Below are positions 8,578 to 17,001 of a stretch of 35,150 nt of DNA, piece after piece. The position numbers and the translations under genes are program-made. The notes under the pieces are model-generated. The model made no database searches, was not told the origin of the DNA, and saw nothing but the letters and a program-made list of their open reading frames with translations. The stretch covers positions 1 through 35,150 of the forward strand of contig JBMYPC010000013.1 of NCBI GenBank assembly GCA_049599895.1, in the 5' to 3' direction. The DNA is from Bacteriovoracaceae bacterium. GTDB taxonomy: Bacteria; Bdellovibrionota; Bacteriovoracia; Bacteriovoracales; Bacteriovoracaceae. Positions within the stretch are counted from its first letter, which is position 1, and each line of letters starts with the position of its first letter.

Positions 8578-8651
8578 TAGCTTGGTGATTCGTTCTTTTT
8601 ATACCTATGCGGATCATCAAGCTTAAATAACTTAAAAATTTTGGAGTAGAT

Positions 8652-9560
8652 ATGAGTACGAAACAAGAAGAAAACATTTTAGAAGCGTTTAGTGAAGTAG
8701 CTGATGAGTCAGGTTATTTAAAGCTATCGAAAGTTTCAGGTGAATTTCATTATGACATTGATACTCATAAAGAAAGGCCCTTCATAGTTGAAGCAAAAGT
8801 TTGGTTAAAGTGGAATAATGTTTTCTTTACTCAGATTCCAGTAACTTCAAAAGTTGCTAAGAGAATAAAGAAAATCGCTTCAATGATTAAAAATAGAAAA
8901 TCACAATTATATAAGTGTTTTGAAATAAAAAAAGAACTTAAGTGTCTAGCTCGTGTTCGTGAAACTGGTGAAGAAGGTATTTTTTCACTCGGATCAAGAA
9001 TGTATATAGAAGCTTTAGAAGATGCTTACAAAAATAACAAATTACATGATCACTCAATGCGTGTTTCAACAGTAGCAACATTAAACAAGGTAACTCGTGT
9101 TCCTGTTATGGTGGAAAGAACAGTTGAAGAATATCGTTCGGATTTAAGCCTTCCACAAAATGATATTGATGTTCCTGATGAAATTATTGATTTATACATT
9201 TCAACAGTTGAAAAGCTTGCAAAAGGTCAAAGCTTGGAAGTTGAAAAAGTAAGAAAGCAGTTTGAAGCAGTTTGGGAAAAGCATCAAGAAGATTCGGATG
9301 GAGGGGAAGATCTATCTTCTATTTTTAATTCTAGCGAAGAACAAGTAAATGAATCCACTGGTGAAATCACGAATGAAGATGATTATGAATACGAAACAAC
9401 AGAAGAAGTTGAATCAACTCTTGAGGAAGTACAGGAGAAATTTAAAGAATTAATTTCAAAAGCAAAACTTAAAATACCAGCGAAAGTGGAAAAGAAAATG
9501 GATGATAAAACATTCCTTCTGAAAGAAATTGAAAGACTTGAACAAAAGATAGGGGCTTAA
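8652..9560 (+). CDS. Hypothetical protein; possible single-strand annealing partner of the downstream exonuclease
   Basis: 302 aa, GGAG RBS, acidic disordered C-terminal half. The function is suggested by position only. Confidence 0.45.
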   Translation: MSTKQEENILEAFSEVADESGYLKLSKVSGEFHYDIDTHKERPFIVEAKVWLKWNNVFFTQIPVTSKVAKRIKKIASMIKNRKSQLYKCFEIKKELKCLARVRETGEEGIFSLGSRMYIEALEDAYKNNKLHDHSMRVSTVATLNKVTRVPVMVERTVEEYRSDLSLPQNDIDVPDEIIDLYISTVEKLAKGQSLEVEKVRKQFEAVWEKHQEDSDGGEDLSSIFNSSEEQVNESTGEITNEDDYEYETTEEVESTLEEVQEKFKELISKAKLKIPAKVEKKMDDKTFLLKEIERLEQKIGA

Positions 9561-9562
9561 TC

Positions 9563-10795
9563 ATGACTACTACACCAAAGAAAGTATTAATTAAGAAAAC
9601 TCCAAACGATTTAAGCAAGCCGTTTACTGGTATTTATACTGACATGACAGATCAACAGTATTTTTCTGAAGAGATTTCTTCTTGGTGTGTTTCTCAATCA
9701 ACTTTTAAAAAGATTTTTAGTCAGTCGATTCAATCAATATTAACAGAAGAGAAAAACAGAAAAATTTCTAAAGCTTTTGGGATTGGATCAGCTCTTCATT
9801 ATTTGAACCTAGAGAATGTGAAAGTGTTCCTAGAAAATTGCTTTGTAAAAGAAGATGTATATCCAGTTATGACACAAAAAGATTACGTTGCTGAACATTA
9901 TGAAGCGGTTGAATTTGAAGTTATTCCTTCTAAGGCTGATTTTGTAGCTGAAAAAGACTTGAGAGAACCAGCACCTTTTCCAAAGCAGTCTGAATTTGAA
10001 GGAACTAAAGAAGAGTGGCGATTAGCAAAAACTGAACACGATAAATTAAAAGAACAGTTCAAGAAGGCTAAGAAGGAAATTGAAGATTCTCACAAAGTTC
10101 TTAAAGCTAAAAACGATGAACTTAAAAAAGCAGATAAGGCCGCAAAAGATAAGGCTGTTTCAGAATGGAAGAAATTAAAAGAAGAAAATGATTTTGAGAA
10201 ATCTGAAGCTGAAAGACTTTTAAACGAAGCTGAAGAAGCTGGGAAAATTATTCTTTCTGAAGATGACAAAGAGATCATTGATATGGTTTCAACGGTTTTT
10301 TATAATCATCCTAAGATTATGGATATTAAGAATAAATCAAAAGCTGAAGTTGTAGTAATAACTTATTTTGAAGAGTTCGATATTTACGTGAAAATAAAAA
10401 TGGATCTCTATGATTTTGAAAGTGGGATCTTGACCGATTACAAAACAACTAATGAAATCGGAAATAATGAGTTTATTAAATCGTATAAGAAGTTTGAATA
10501 TGACTTTCAATTAGCTCTTTATAGAGAAGTGGCGAGAAGGGAAGGGCTTGAAGTTAATCAAGTTAAAATTATTGCTTCATCTAAAAAAGTTGAAGAAGCT
10601 GCAATTTATAATATTTCAGAATCGTTAGTTTCATCAGGTGATTATAAATTTAAGAAAGCTCTTGAAGAGTATTCAAAAGAATTAAAAGAATTTACGAATG
10701 GTAAAACTCGATATGATGATGAACTTGATCTAGTTGATCCATGGAACCAAGAAGAAGATCTCGATTCAATCTTTGGAGATTCGAGTGCAAGTTAA
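9563..10795 (+). CDS. RecE/ExoVIII-like PD-(D/E)XK exonuclease (DUF3799-like) with a long charged insertion
   Basis: Motifs FGIGSALHYLNLE, KIKMD, LTDYKTT and YDFQLALY. Confidence 0.8.
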   Translation: MTTTPKKVLIKKTPNDLSKPFTGIYTDMTDQQYFSEEISSWCVSQSTFKKIFSQSIQSILTEEKNRKISKAFGIGSALHYLNLENVKVFLENCFVKEDVYPVMTQKDYVAEHYEAVEFEVIPSKADFVAEKDLREPAPFPKQSEFEGTKEEWRLAKTEHDKLKEQFKKAKKEIEDSHKVLKAKNDELKKADKAAKDKAVSEWKKLKEENDFEKSEAERLLNEAEEAGKIILSEDDKEIIDMVSTVFYNHPKIMDIKNKSKAEVVVITYFEEFDIYVKIKMDLYDFESGILTDYKTTNEIGNNEFIKSYKKFEYDFQLALYREVARREGLEVNQVKIIASSKKVEEAAIYNISESLVSSGDYKFKKALEEYSKELKEFTNGKTRYDDELDLVDPWNQEEDLDSIFGDSSAS

Positions 10796-10858
10796 ATTGT
10801 TTATTGGCCTGGTATCGGTATTAACTATTTATGGTTTTTTGCAAGATGTGGTGATGTT

Positions 10859-11170
10859 ATGAAAAATAAAACATTAGAAGAACTTCAAGAACTCTCTGAA
10901 TCTTTAGAACACGATTTCAACTTTGATGGTTTAGATAAGTTTGAAAAGAAATCAAACAGAGAAGAAATGAAAAAGATAGGTGCTGAAATAGCTCGAAGAT
11001 TTGAAGAAGAAGCTAGTGGTCAAGGCTACTTATCAGATGAAGGAACTTTTATTCGTCAATACATTGAAAATGATACTGGATACTACGTGGAAGTTTATCG
11101 TCACGATAACGGTGAAGAGTTTGAAATCGTTCAAGATAATGACGGTGGTGAAGAAATGAGGGATGTATGA
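10859..11170 (+). CDS. Acidic hypothetical protein
   Basis: 103-aa ORF with a GGTG RBS. Confidence 0.65.
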   Translation: MKNKTLEELQELSESLEHDFNFDGLDKFEKKSNREEMKKIGAEIARRFEEEASGQGYLSDEGTFIRQYIENDTGYYVEVYRHDNGEEFEIVQDNDGGEEMRDV

Positions 11171-11490
11171 GCAATGTAAATAAATCAATAGTTCCCCGTA
11201 TTCGTGGCGCAGCTTTTCAGCATAAGGGAAGTATTTCATGGGGTTGGGAAATGATTATTACCTTTGGTGATATGAAAATTGATGATCCTGAAGCAATGGT
11301 AATCAACAATGGCGATCAGCAGTTTATTAATAAAAAGTCAGCAATTAAGGCAATGCAGAAACACGCTATTAAAGTTACCGATATAGTAGGTGAAGCCTTA
11401 GGTGAGAAAAACCTATCAGATAATGGATTTATTGACCTAAGGAAAGGTTTCAATAAAGTAACGAAAGAAGAATTTACAAATAATATTTAA
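11167..11490 (+). CDS. Hypothetical protein
   Basis: 107-aa ORF with an ATGA overlap. Confidence 0.65.
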   Translation: MSNVNKSIVPRIRGAAFQHKGSISWGWEMIITFGDMKIDDPEAMVINNGDQQFINKKSAIKAMQKHAIKVTDIVGEALGEKNLSDNGFIDLRKGFNKVTKEEFTNNI

Positions 11491-11514
11491 ACCTTCTAGC
11501 AAAAGCGAGAAGTC

Positions 11515-11577
11515 AAACCGCCCACTAGAACTTTAAAAATTAGATCGACACAAAACACTTAATGGTGGGCGGTTTTA
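11515..11577 (+). terminator. Long-loop hairpin (terminator/attenuator-like)
   Basis: AAACCGCCCACTA (11515-11527) pairs with TGGTGGGCGGTTT (11563-11575); 35-nt loop. Confidence 0.5.
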
Positions 11578-11593
11578 CAAAAAGGAGATTGTT

Positions 11594-11839
11594 ATGCTTG
11601 CATTATCACCACAAGATGTAGATAGGATTCAAAATAGCAATAAAACTAAAGCGATTAGAGAAGAAAATGAAAGACTAAGGAAAGCTCTAGAGTTCTACGC
11701 AAATAAAGAGAACTGGCAAAATGAACCAGCACTTTCACCTGATAAATTTTTTCATACTTGCAGTGCTGAAGATGAAGAAGCTATTGGTAAAAAGTCTTAT
11801 GGTGGTGCAGTAGCTCGAAAGGCTTTGGCAAATGACTAA
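11594..11839 (+). CDS. Small phage protein with an LRKALEFYA...ARKAL motif
   Basis: AAGGAG RBS; this motif is commonly seen in small phage early proteins. Confidence 0.7.
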   Translation: MLALSPQDVDRIQNSNKTKAIREENERLRKALEFYANKENWQNEPALSPDKFFHTCSAEDEEAIGKKSYGGAVARKALAND

Positions 11840-12062
11840 CCTTCAAAACCCCGACATTGAAAAAACAAAAGAAGAAATGTTCGTAGTTGCTTACTTGGAT
11901 ATGGTTCAGCAATTGAATAACGAAAAAGTAAAAGTTGCATTGAAGCAGCGAAAAATTGAACGACTTGAAGAAGATATTGAAAAGCTTCAAGAACATTACT
12001 TAAAGGTAAACAAAATAGAGATAGTGCAAAATGATAGTAACAATGGGCGATTAGCTCAATAA
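11832..12062 (+). CDS. Coiled-coil hypothetical protein
   Basis: 76-aa ORF overlapping the upstream stop, with a heptad-like segment. Confidence 0.6.
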   Translation: MTNLQNPDIEKTKEEMFVVAYLDMVQQLNNEKVKVALKQRKIERLEEDIEKLQEHYLKVNKIEIVQNDSNNGRLAQ

Positions 12063-12158
12063 TAACCGAGACTTATGACTAAGATGACGAATGGTTTACA
12101 TTCAACTATTATGAACTCCTCATTCCTTTGGTCGGGAAAAGTAATTCAAGGAGTTTTT

Positions 12159-13457
12159 ATGTCAGGTAAAGTCATGCCTGATTTGCGTAGTGCTGTATGT
12201 GAGCATTGCAAATCAGGAAAGTATGTTCAAAGTTATCAAGCTATTATCGATCACGATGCACCTATTTGTAATAAGTGTCACAAGCTACCAACTAAGTTAA
12301 AATTAAGAAAAGTTATTCCAGATATGTACGGAAAAGGTGTTGCGAAAGATTTTCGTTATGCTCTTGATGGTTCGAGGCTTGCCAATATTGCAGATGCTCT
12401 TACTTTGAAAAAGCAGCTTAATGAAGATTTGAAAAATAATACTTTTATGCCATCGAGGTACGGAAGTCAAAAAGAAAGAGACTCATTAAAGTTTGAAAAT
12501 TTCTGCGAAATTTACTTAAAAGACTATGATCGAAGAAGTGAACTTCCAGTTGAACACGACGAATTTATCACACCAAGTGCTTTAGCGAGAAAGAAGGGAT
12601 TAATAAAAAATCACCTTAAGCCGTACTTTGGAAAAATGTATCTAGAAAACATTAATTATTTTAATATTAAAGATTTTTACTCTACTTATAAAACTTCTCT
12701 TAGGTCTAGAGATCTAGCATTAGGTGAATTAAAAGTTATTTTAAAATTTGCTTGGCAAGAGAAAGGATTAATTAGTCAGATCCCAGCTTTTCCAAAACTA
12801 AAAAGATCGAAAAAGAAAGAGTCTGATGATATCCCAACGGCCGAGCAGCAAGCACTAATAATTAAAAATGTTTCAAATGAGAAATATCGATTCATGTTGA
12901 TCGTGAACGCTTGTTTTGCTATGAGGCAATGTGAAGTGCGAGCTTTAAAAGTGAAAGACTTTGATTATGAAAATAGAGTCTTAACTATTCAGCGACATTT
13001 TTCAGATGGTGGTAAGGGAAAAAAGAATATTGAAATTGATGGTAGAAAATCGATCAAAAAATCTGAAGTCATGGGAACTCTTAAACATAAAATAGTTAAC
13101 GAAGATATTCTTTGTAATCTGTTTTTCTATTGTATTGATAAAGAACCTGATGATTATATATTCGAAGGCCATATCTCGCCTTACGTGTCACATACGGCGC
13201 TAGCGGATGCATGGAAAAAGTCTTGCCTAGAGTTAATGGAAAATAAAAAGATAAAAGAAATACAAAAAAAATATAAATTATATGATGGTACTCGACATAC
13301 AACATTAACAGACTTGGCTAGTCGAGTAACAAATTTGAATGAAATTAAACAAATCGGGGGTCATACTACGATTGTTACTTCCGAGAGATATATACATACA
13401 AGAGATGAAGATAACAATGTCTACAATCTTCTTAACGGAGAAAAGTTATCATGCTAA
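12159..13457 (+). CDS. int: Tyrosine recombinase / phage integrase
   Basis: Catalytic pattern MRQCEVRAL (R), YDGTRH (H/Y-x-x-R), GGHT and RYIH (Y). Adjacent to the tRNA-derived att core. The ATG at 12159 has an AAGGAG RBS (the track start is 12075). Confidence 0.92.
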   Translation: MSGKVMPDLRSAVCEHCKSGKYVQSYQAIIDHDAPICNKCHKLPTKLKLRKVIPDMYGKGVAKDFRYALDGSRLANIADALTLKKQLNEDLKNNTFMPSRYGSQKERDSLKFENFCEIYLKDYDRRSELPVEHDEFITPSALARKKGLIKNHLKPYFGKMYLENINYFNIKDFYSTYKTSLRSRDLALGELKVILKFAWQEKGLISQIPAFPKLKRSKKKESDDIPTAEQQALIIKNVSNEKYRFMLIVNACFAMRQCEVRALKVKDFDYENRVLTIQRHFSDGGKGKKNIEIDGRKSIKKSEVMGTLKHKIVNEDILCNLFFYCIDKEPDDYIFEGHISPYVSHTALADAWKKSCLELMENKKIKEIQKKYKLYDGTRHTTLTDLASRVTNLNEIKQIGGHTTIVTSERYIHTRDEDNNVYNLLNGEKLSC

Positions 13458-13593
13458 ATCTGAATTTCTTTTGTGGTGTTAAAAACGCTTTGAATACATT
13501 TTCCGACCAAGTTAATTTAATTAAAGAAGCGTATTCTGGATCAAAGATGAAGGGAATATTGGCGCAGATTTCAAGCTTGAAGAAGTCTAAAAT

Positions 13594-13614
13594 CTGCACC
13601 CAATCTGCACCTAA
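13594..13614 (+). repeat. Integrase arm-type direct repeats, left of the core
   Basis: CTGCACCCAA (13594-13603) and CTGCACCTAA (13605-13614), 11-bp period. Confidence 0.7.
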
Positions 13615-13664
13615 TTCTTTGGTCGGGAAAAAAGGAGCAAGTTACTGTAATTAAAGGGAAATAA

Positions 13665-13690
13665 TGGTGGTCGAGGCGGGACTTGAACCC
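13665..13690 (-). other. attP core: 3' 26 nt of a tRNA
   Basis: Reverse complement GGGTTCAAGTCCCGCCTCGACCACCA = T-loop, T-stem 3' strand, acceptor 3' strand, discriminator A and CCA. Lies about 200 nt downstream of int. Confidence 0.9.
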
Positions 13691-13748
13691 ATTGAGAGCG
13701 TTAGTAAAAACCTTTAATTTCGATAACTTAAAGCCACTGAGAAAAAGG

Positions 13749-13769
13749 CTGCACCTAAAGTACACCTAA
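13749..13769 (+). repeat. Integrase arm-type direct repeats, right of the core
   Basis: CTGCACCTAA (13749-13758) and GTACACCTAA (13760-13769), 11-bp period. Confidence 0.7.
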
Positions 13770-13785
13770 GTATATATCTCTCGAA

Positions 13786-13965
13786 GTCACAAAAACAATC
13801 GCATATTAATCCCCTGAAAAAATACCTTTCGTCTTCCCAAAAAAGGAAATGACGCAAAGTTGTGGCCCTAGTTGACCAGTGCCATAAAAAACAGATGGTG
13901 TACCCTTAAAGGTACGCTTTTACAGGGTTCTCAAGGCTTCCAAATTGGTTAAGCACTAGGAGAAC
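13786..13965 (+). ncRNA. Candidate structured RNA / leader upstream of the DUF559-like nuclease
   Basis: Several complementary helices found by eye, including a potential pseudoknot (see findings). Confidence 0.4.
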
Positions 13966-13986
13966 TATATTTAAAAAGAATGAACT

Positions 13987-14697
13987 ATGTTTGAAGCGAA
14001 TAGAAATTTAAAACACTACTTAGGAAATGAGTTATCGAACTTATATCGTAGTGAAGAAAATGAAACAATAGCTATTGAACTAATTACAGATCTATACAAA
14101 TCAACAGAATCAAAAGCTTCAAAATATAATCAACTAAGAACTCTAACTGGTGGTGAAATAAATATCACTCTAGAAGCTCTTAAACTCCATTACTGGCAAT
14201 ACTCAAAAAGATTCAAGACTAATACAACATTTATTCATTCGAGAACTACACAAGAAGATATTTTATCGAGAACTATCAGCAAATACTTCAAAGGTGATTT
14301 TTATACTTCGTTTTGGATCGGAAATCATTGTGTTGATTTCTTCTTACCAGGCCATTCAATAATTATAGAAGTTAACGGTGGGATTCACTTTGATGAAATC
14401 AAGATGAAGAAAGACACTTACAAAACTAAGAAGCTCGTTAAAGAAATAGGATTAGGGCTTTGGACTGTAGAAAACAAAGATATCCATAAACTCAAGTACC
14501 AAATAACTGACTATGTAAAAGAGAACAAAAGAAACGACTCTAAAAAAATCAGAAGAATTTGGAGAGATATTTACATTCATACATTAGCCGCTCATTACAC
14601 GCTAGATGAATTAAGTGAAATGTTTAATCACAACTTACGTTATCTAGCTTCTCAGTTGGGATATTTCGAGAAAGCAAAAAGGAAGGTTGTAGCGTGA
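13987..14697 (+). CDS. DUF559/Vsr-like PD-(D/E)XK endonuclease-domain protein
   Basis: WIGNHCVDFFLPGHSIIIEVNGGIH...KKD motif. Confidence 0.75.
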   Translation: MFEANRNLKHYLGNELSNLYRSEENETIAIELITDLYKSTESKASKYNQLRTLTGGEINITLEALKLHYWQYSKRFKTNTTFIHSRTTQEDILSRTISKYFKGDFYTSFWIGNHCVDFFLPGHSIIIEVNGGIHFDEIKMKKDTYKTKKLVKEIGLGLWTVENKDIHKLKYQITDYVKENKRNDSKKIRRIWRDIYIHTLAAHYTLDELSEMFNHNLRYLASQLGYFEKAKRKVVA

Positions 14698-14978
14698 AAA
14701 ATAACTACATCAAATTCAGCTCTAGAAAGATCCAAGAAACAAGCTGGTTTAGCTCGTGTGAGTTGTGTGGTCGCTCTATCGAGTTAGGTCAAGAAATTGT
14801 TGATGGATGGAGAATTGAGCGTCATGGAGCTTATGCAGTCAAGTCTCTAGTTAGGCTTCATGCAAATTGTGTACATGGAAGAAAAGTAAGTAATGAAGAA
14901 GCAAGCAGCTTTTTCAAAAACATAAGTCAAGGAGTTGATAATGGGGCAGCCAAAAAAGGAAGAATTGGATCTTTATAG
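14694..14978 (+). CDS. Small Zn-finger-like protein
   Basis: CELC...HANC; GTGA overlap with the upstream gene. Confidence 0.6.
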   Translation: MKNNYIKFSSRKIQETSWFSSCELCGRSIELGQEIVDGWRIERHGAYAVKSLVRLHANCVHGRKVSNEEASSFFKNISQGVDNGAAKKGRIGSL

Positions 14979-15348
14979 TCAGTATTTGTTTTCATCTGTA
15001 CTTGGAAGATTGCTAGAGAAAAAAGGAATTAATTCAAAAACTGTTTGTGATGCTTGCGGAATTAATGAAAGCACTTTTTCTTACTGGCTTCAAGGTGTGA
15101 AAAGAGTGACTGATCTGAGGCGATTATCTCAACTCTCAGAGTTTTTTGGAGTTTCTGAACACTATCTGATTAATGGTGAGAAATCAGATCATGAAAAGGC
15201 TATTGAGAGGCTTAAAGAGCGTTTAGAAAAAGAAGAGCAAAAGAGAAAAGAAGCAGAAATGCAAGTTGAGATGTTTAAGTGTAGTGAAAAATTTGGAATG
15301 AATAAAACGATATTAGAAATTAACGACCCATATCGGTCAATTAACTAG
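14935..15348 (+). CDS. XRE-family HTH protein with a C-terminal coiled coil
   Basis: LLEKKGINSKTVCDACGINESTFSYWLQG...LSEFFGVSEHYLING. The probable start is the ATG at 14941 (AGGAG RBS). Confidence 0.8.
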   Translation: MIMGQPKKEELDLYSQYLFSSVLGRLLEKKGINSKTVCDACGINESTFSYWLQGVKRVTDLRRLSQLSEFFGVSEHYLINGEKSDHEKAIERLKERLEKEEQKRKEAEMQVEMFKCSEKFGMNKTILEINDPYRSIN

Positions 15349-15361
15349 AGAGAAGAAAGAG

Positions 15362-16096
15362 ATGAAAAGTTTTTTTGAAGCAATTTTTAGGGGAGTGAAA
15401 AACTTCTTTAGTGGGAAAGATGAAAATTCAGATATTCCACAAAGGGAAACACCAGTTTATGAGGAAGATGAGATTTTAGCTGATCCGACAAATTTGCCTT
15501 TAAGTTTTGGAAGTTTTGGGGTTGATATTTCACATCATAAAGAAGTCGTGGATTTAAAAAAACTGGTTAATGTTGCCAGCTTTATTTATCTGAAAGCAAC
15601 AGAAGGTAGAACTTTCGTTTCTTCGGCTTACACTAGAAGAGCTAAAGAATTGAAAGAGATTGGAAATACACCATGGGGTGCTTATCACTATTACAGAATT
15701 AGTTCAGATCCAATTACACAAGCGAAACACTTTTTAAAATTCATAGATATTGAAAGTGGGCTACCACCAGTTTTGGATATTGAGAAAAAAGGGAACGAGA
15801 ATTTCAAAGCTTCAAAACACACAAAAGATCTTTTGATTTTCCTTAAGTACATTGAGGAAGAAACAGGATTGACACCAATTATTTATGGGGGGTTCTATTA
15901 CTTGAGAGATGTTGTTAAGACTCCAAACTATCCTGAGTTTGAAAGATATCCGCTTTGGTTGCCATGGTATCAGACAACTTTCGAAAGAGTTAAATGCCCC
16001 ATGCCTTGGAAGAAGATAAAAATCTGGCAGTATGCTGAAACAGGAAGAGTTAATGGAATACAGAAGCCTTGCGATGTTAACAGAGTAATGTCTTAG
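15362..16096 (+). CDS. GH25 muramidase (endolysin)
   Basis: Motifs GVDISHH, LKATEG, GAYHY, PVLDIE, YPLW, IWQY and DVN. Confidence 0.92.
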   Translation: MKSFFEAIFRGVKNFFSGKDENSDIPQRETPVYEEDEILADPTNLPLSFGSFGVDISHHKEVVDLKKLVNVASFIYLKATEGRTFVSSAYTRRAKELKEIGNTPWGAYHYYRISSDPITQAKHFLKFIDIESGLPPVLDIEKKGNENFKASKHTKDLLIFLKYIEEETGLTPIIYGGFYYLRDVVKTPNYPEFERYPLWLPWYQTTFERVKCPMPWKKIKIWQYAETGRVNGIQKPCDVNRVMS

Positions 16097-16121
16097 ATTA
16101 AGAACGTGAATAAATTTGGCC

Positions 16122-16168
16122 CCTCTATTGGGTTATTAGCAATGGTGCTTAATAGAGGTAGGTTTTTA
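16122..16168 (+). terminator. Probable intrinsic terminator after the endolysin
   Basis: CCTCTATTGGGT (16122-16133) pairs with GCTTAATAGAGG (16147-16158); T-rich tail. Confidence 0.55.
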
Positions 16169-16187
16169 TGAAAAAGGTTAATGAATT

Positions 16188-16484
16188 ATGGCAACAGCTA
16201 TTGAAAGCAATATCGAAGATCAGAATCAAAGTGAATTTAGTTGTAAATCTGAATTTAGCGGTAAATCAAAAGAACAAATTTGTGAACTCGGAACAAGGCA
16301 CTTTGAAAGAAAAAGAAGAGAAGCTGTAAGAAGGAAAATGCGACCAGTTTCTTACGATGGGCAAATTCACGAATCAATAAGAAAGGTGGCTAGGCTAAAA
16401 TGTTGCGCTGAAGGAACTGTTAAAAAAGCTATAGAGCGTGGTTACTTTCATGGTGAAGAAGGGAAGGTTGTGAAGTGGGCTTAA
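16188..16484 (+). CDS. Small protein with a NUMOD1-like DNA-binding segment
   Basis: VSYDGQIHESIRKVARLKCCAEGTVKKAIERG. Confidence 0.5.
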   Translation: MATAIESNIEDQNQSEFSCKSEFSGKSKEQICELGTRHFERKRREAVRRKMRPVSYDGQIHESIRKVARLKCCAEGTVKKAIERGYFHGEEGKVVKWA

Positions 16485-16684
16485 TTTCTGAGTTTTTTAA
16501 CTCAATAAAAGAATCAAGAAGAGAGGCTGATTTACGCAATGAGGTCTTAACTTTTACTGATGAAGTTAACATGATCCATTCTGATGCTTACTGGCAAAAA
16601 TGTAAAGTATGCACGAATACAATGGTTAGCAGAGTACCTATTGTTAAAACATTTTGTGAAATATGTGAAAAGAGGAATTTATGA
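16475..16684 (+). CDS. Small Zn-ribbon protein
   Basis: CKVC...CEIC. Confidence 0.6.
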   Translation: MGLISEFFNSIKESRREADLRNEVLTFTDEVNMIHSDAYWQKCKVCTNTMVSRVPIVKTFCEICEKRNL

Positions 16685-17001
16685 CATTTAGATATGATTA
16701 CAATCAGCACGATTACGCATTTGAAAATATTGAAAAGATGCAAAAGGTTAAAATTGAAACGATTCCTGATTATGAAGATAGTAAAGAAGTTAAACTTGAA
16801 AAGGTTTTTCAGGGTTTTGTTAATGAGCTTTATGAAAAAATAGATGATGAGGAAGCTTTTAGGGCTGGTGTGGTTGAGGAAGTACTTATTAAAAATATTA
16901 ATAGATTCTTTAATAAAACACACACAGCAAAACTTACAGGGTTAAGTATTAGGACTGTTAGGAATAAATTGAACGAGTATGGATCAAGAAACTTACAATA
17001 G
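16681..17001 (+). CDS. Stand-alone Fis-type (HTH_8) DNA-binding protein
   Basis: C-terminal NKTHTAKLTGLSIRTVRNKLNEYG matches the Fis/NtrC C-terminal HTH. Confidence 0.75.
   Translation: MTFRYDYNQHDYAFENIEKMQKVKIETIPDYEDSKEVKLEKVFQGFVNELYEKIDDEEAFRAGVVEEVLIKNINRFFNKTHTAKLTGLSIRTVRNKLNEYGSRNLQ

Noticed and set aside
13665..13690. Phage-encoded tRNA gene
   Set aside because: Only the 3' 26 nt are present. T-stem pairing breaks upstream and no D or anticodon arm is visible, so it is treated as the attP core.
13451..13765. ORFs 13451-13654 (+) and 13571-13765 (-)
   Set aside because: They overlap the attP arm and core sites and show no recognisable motif, so they are probably spurious. The + ORF cannot be fully excluded.
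13845..13885. c-di-GMP-I riboswitch (GACGCAAAG) or HEARO/omega-RNA (GTTGACCAG) resemblance
   Set aside because: Only short words match. The upstream GGCAAA and GNRA tetraloop of the riboswitch are missing, and the downstream gene is not IscB. An Rfam scan would settle it.
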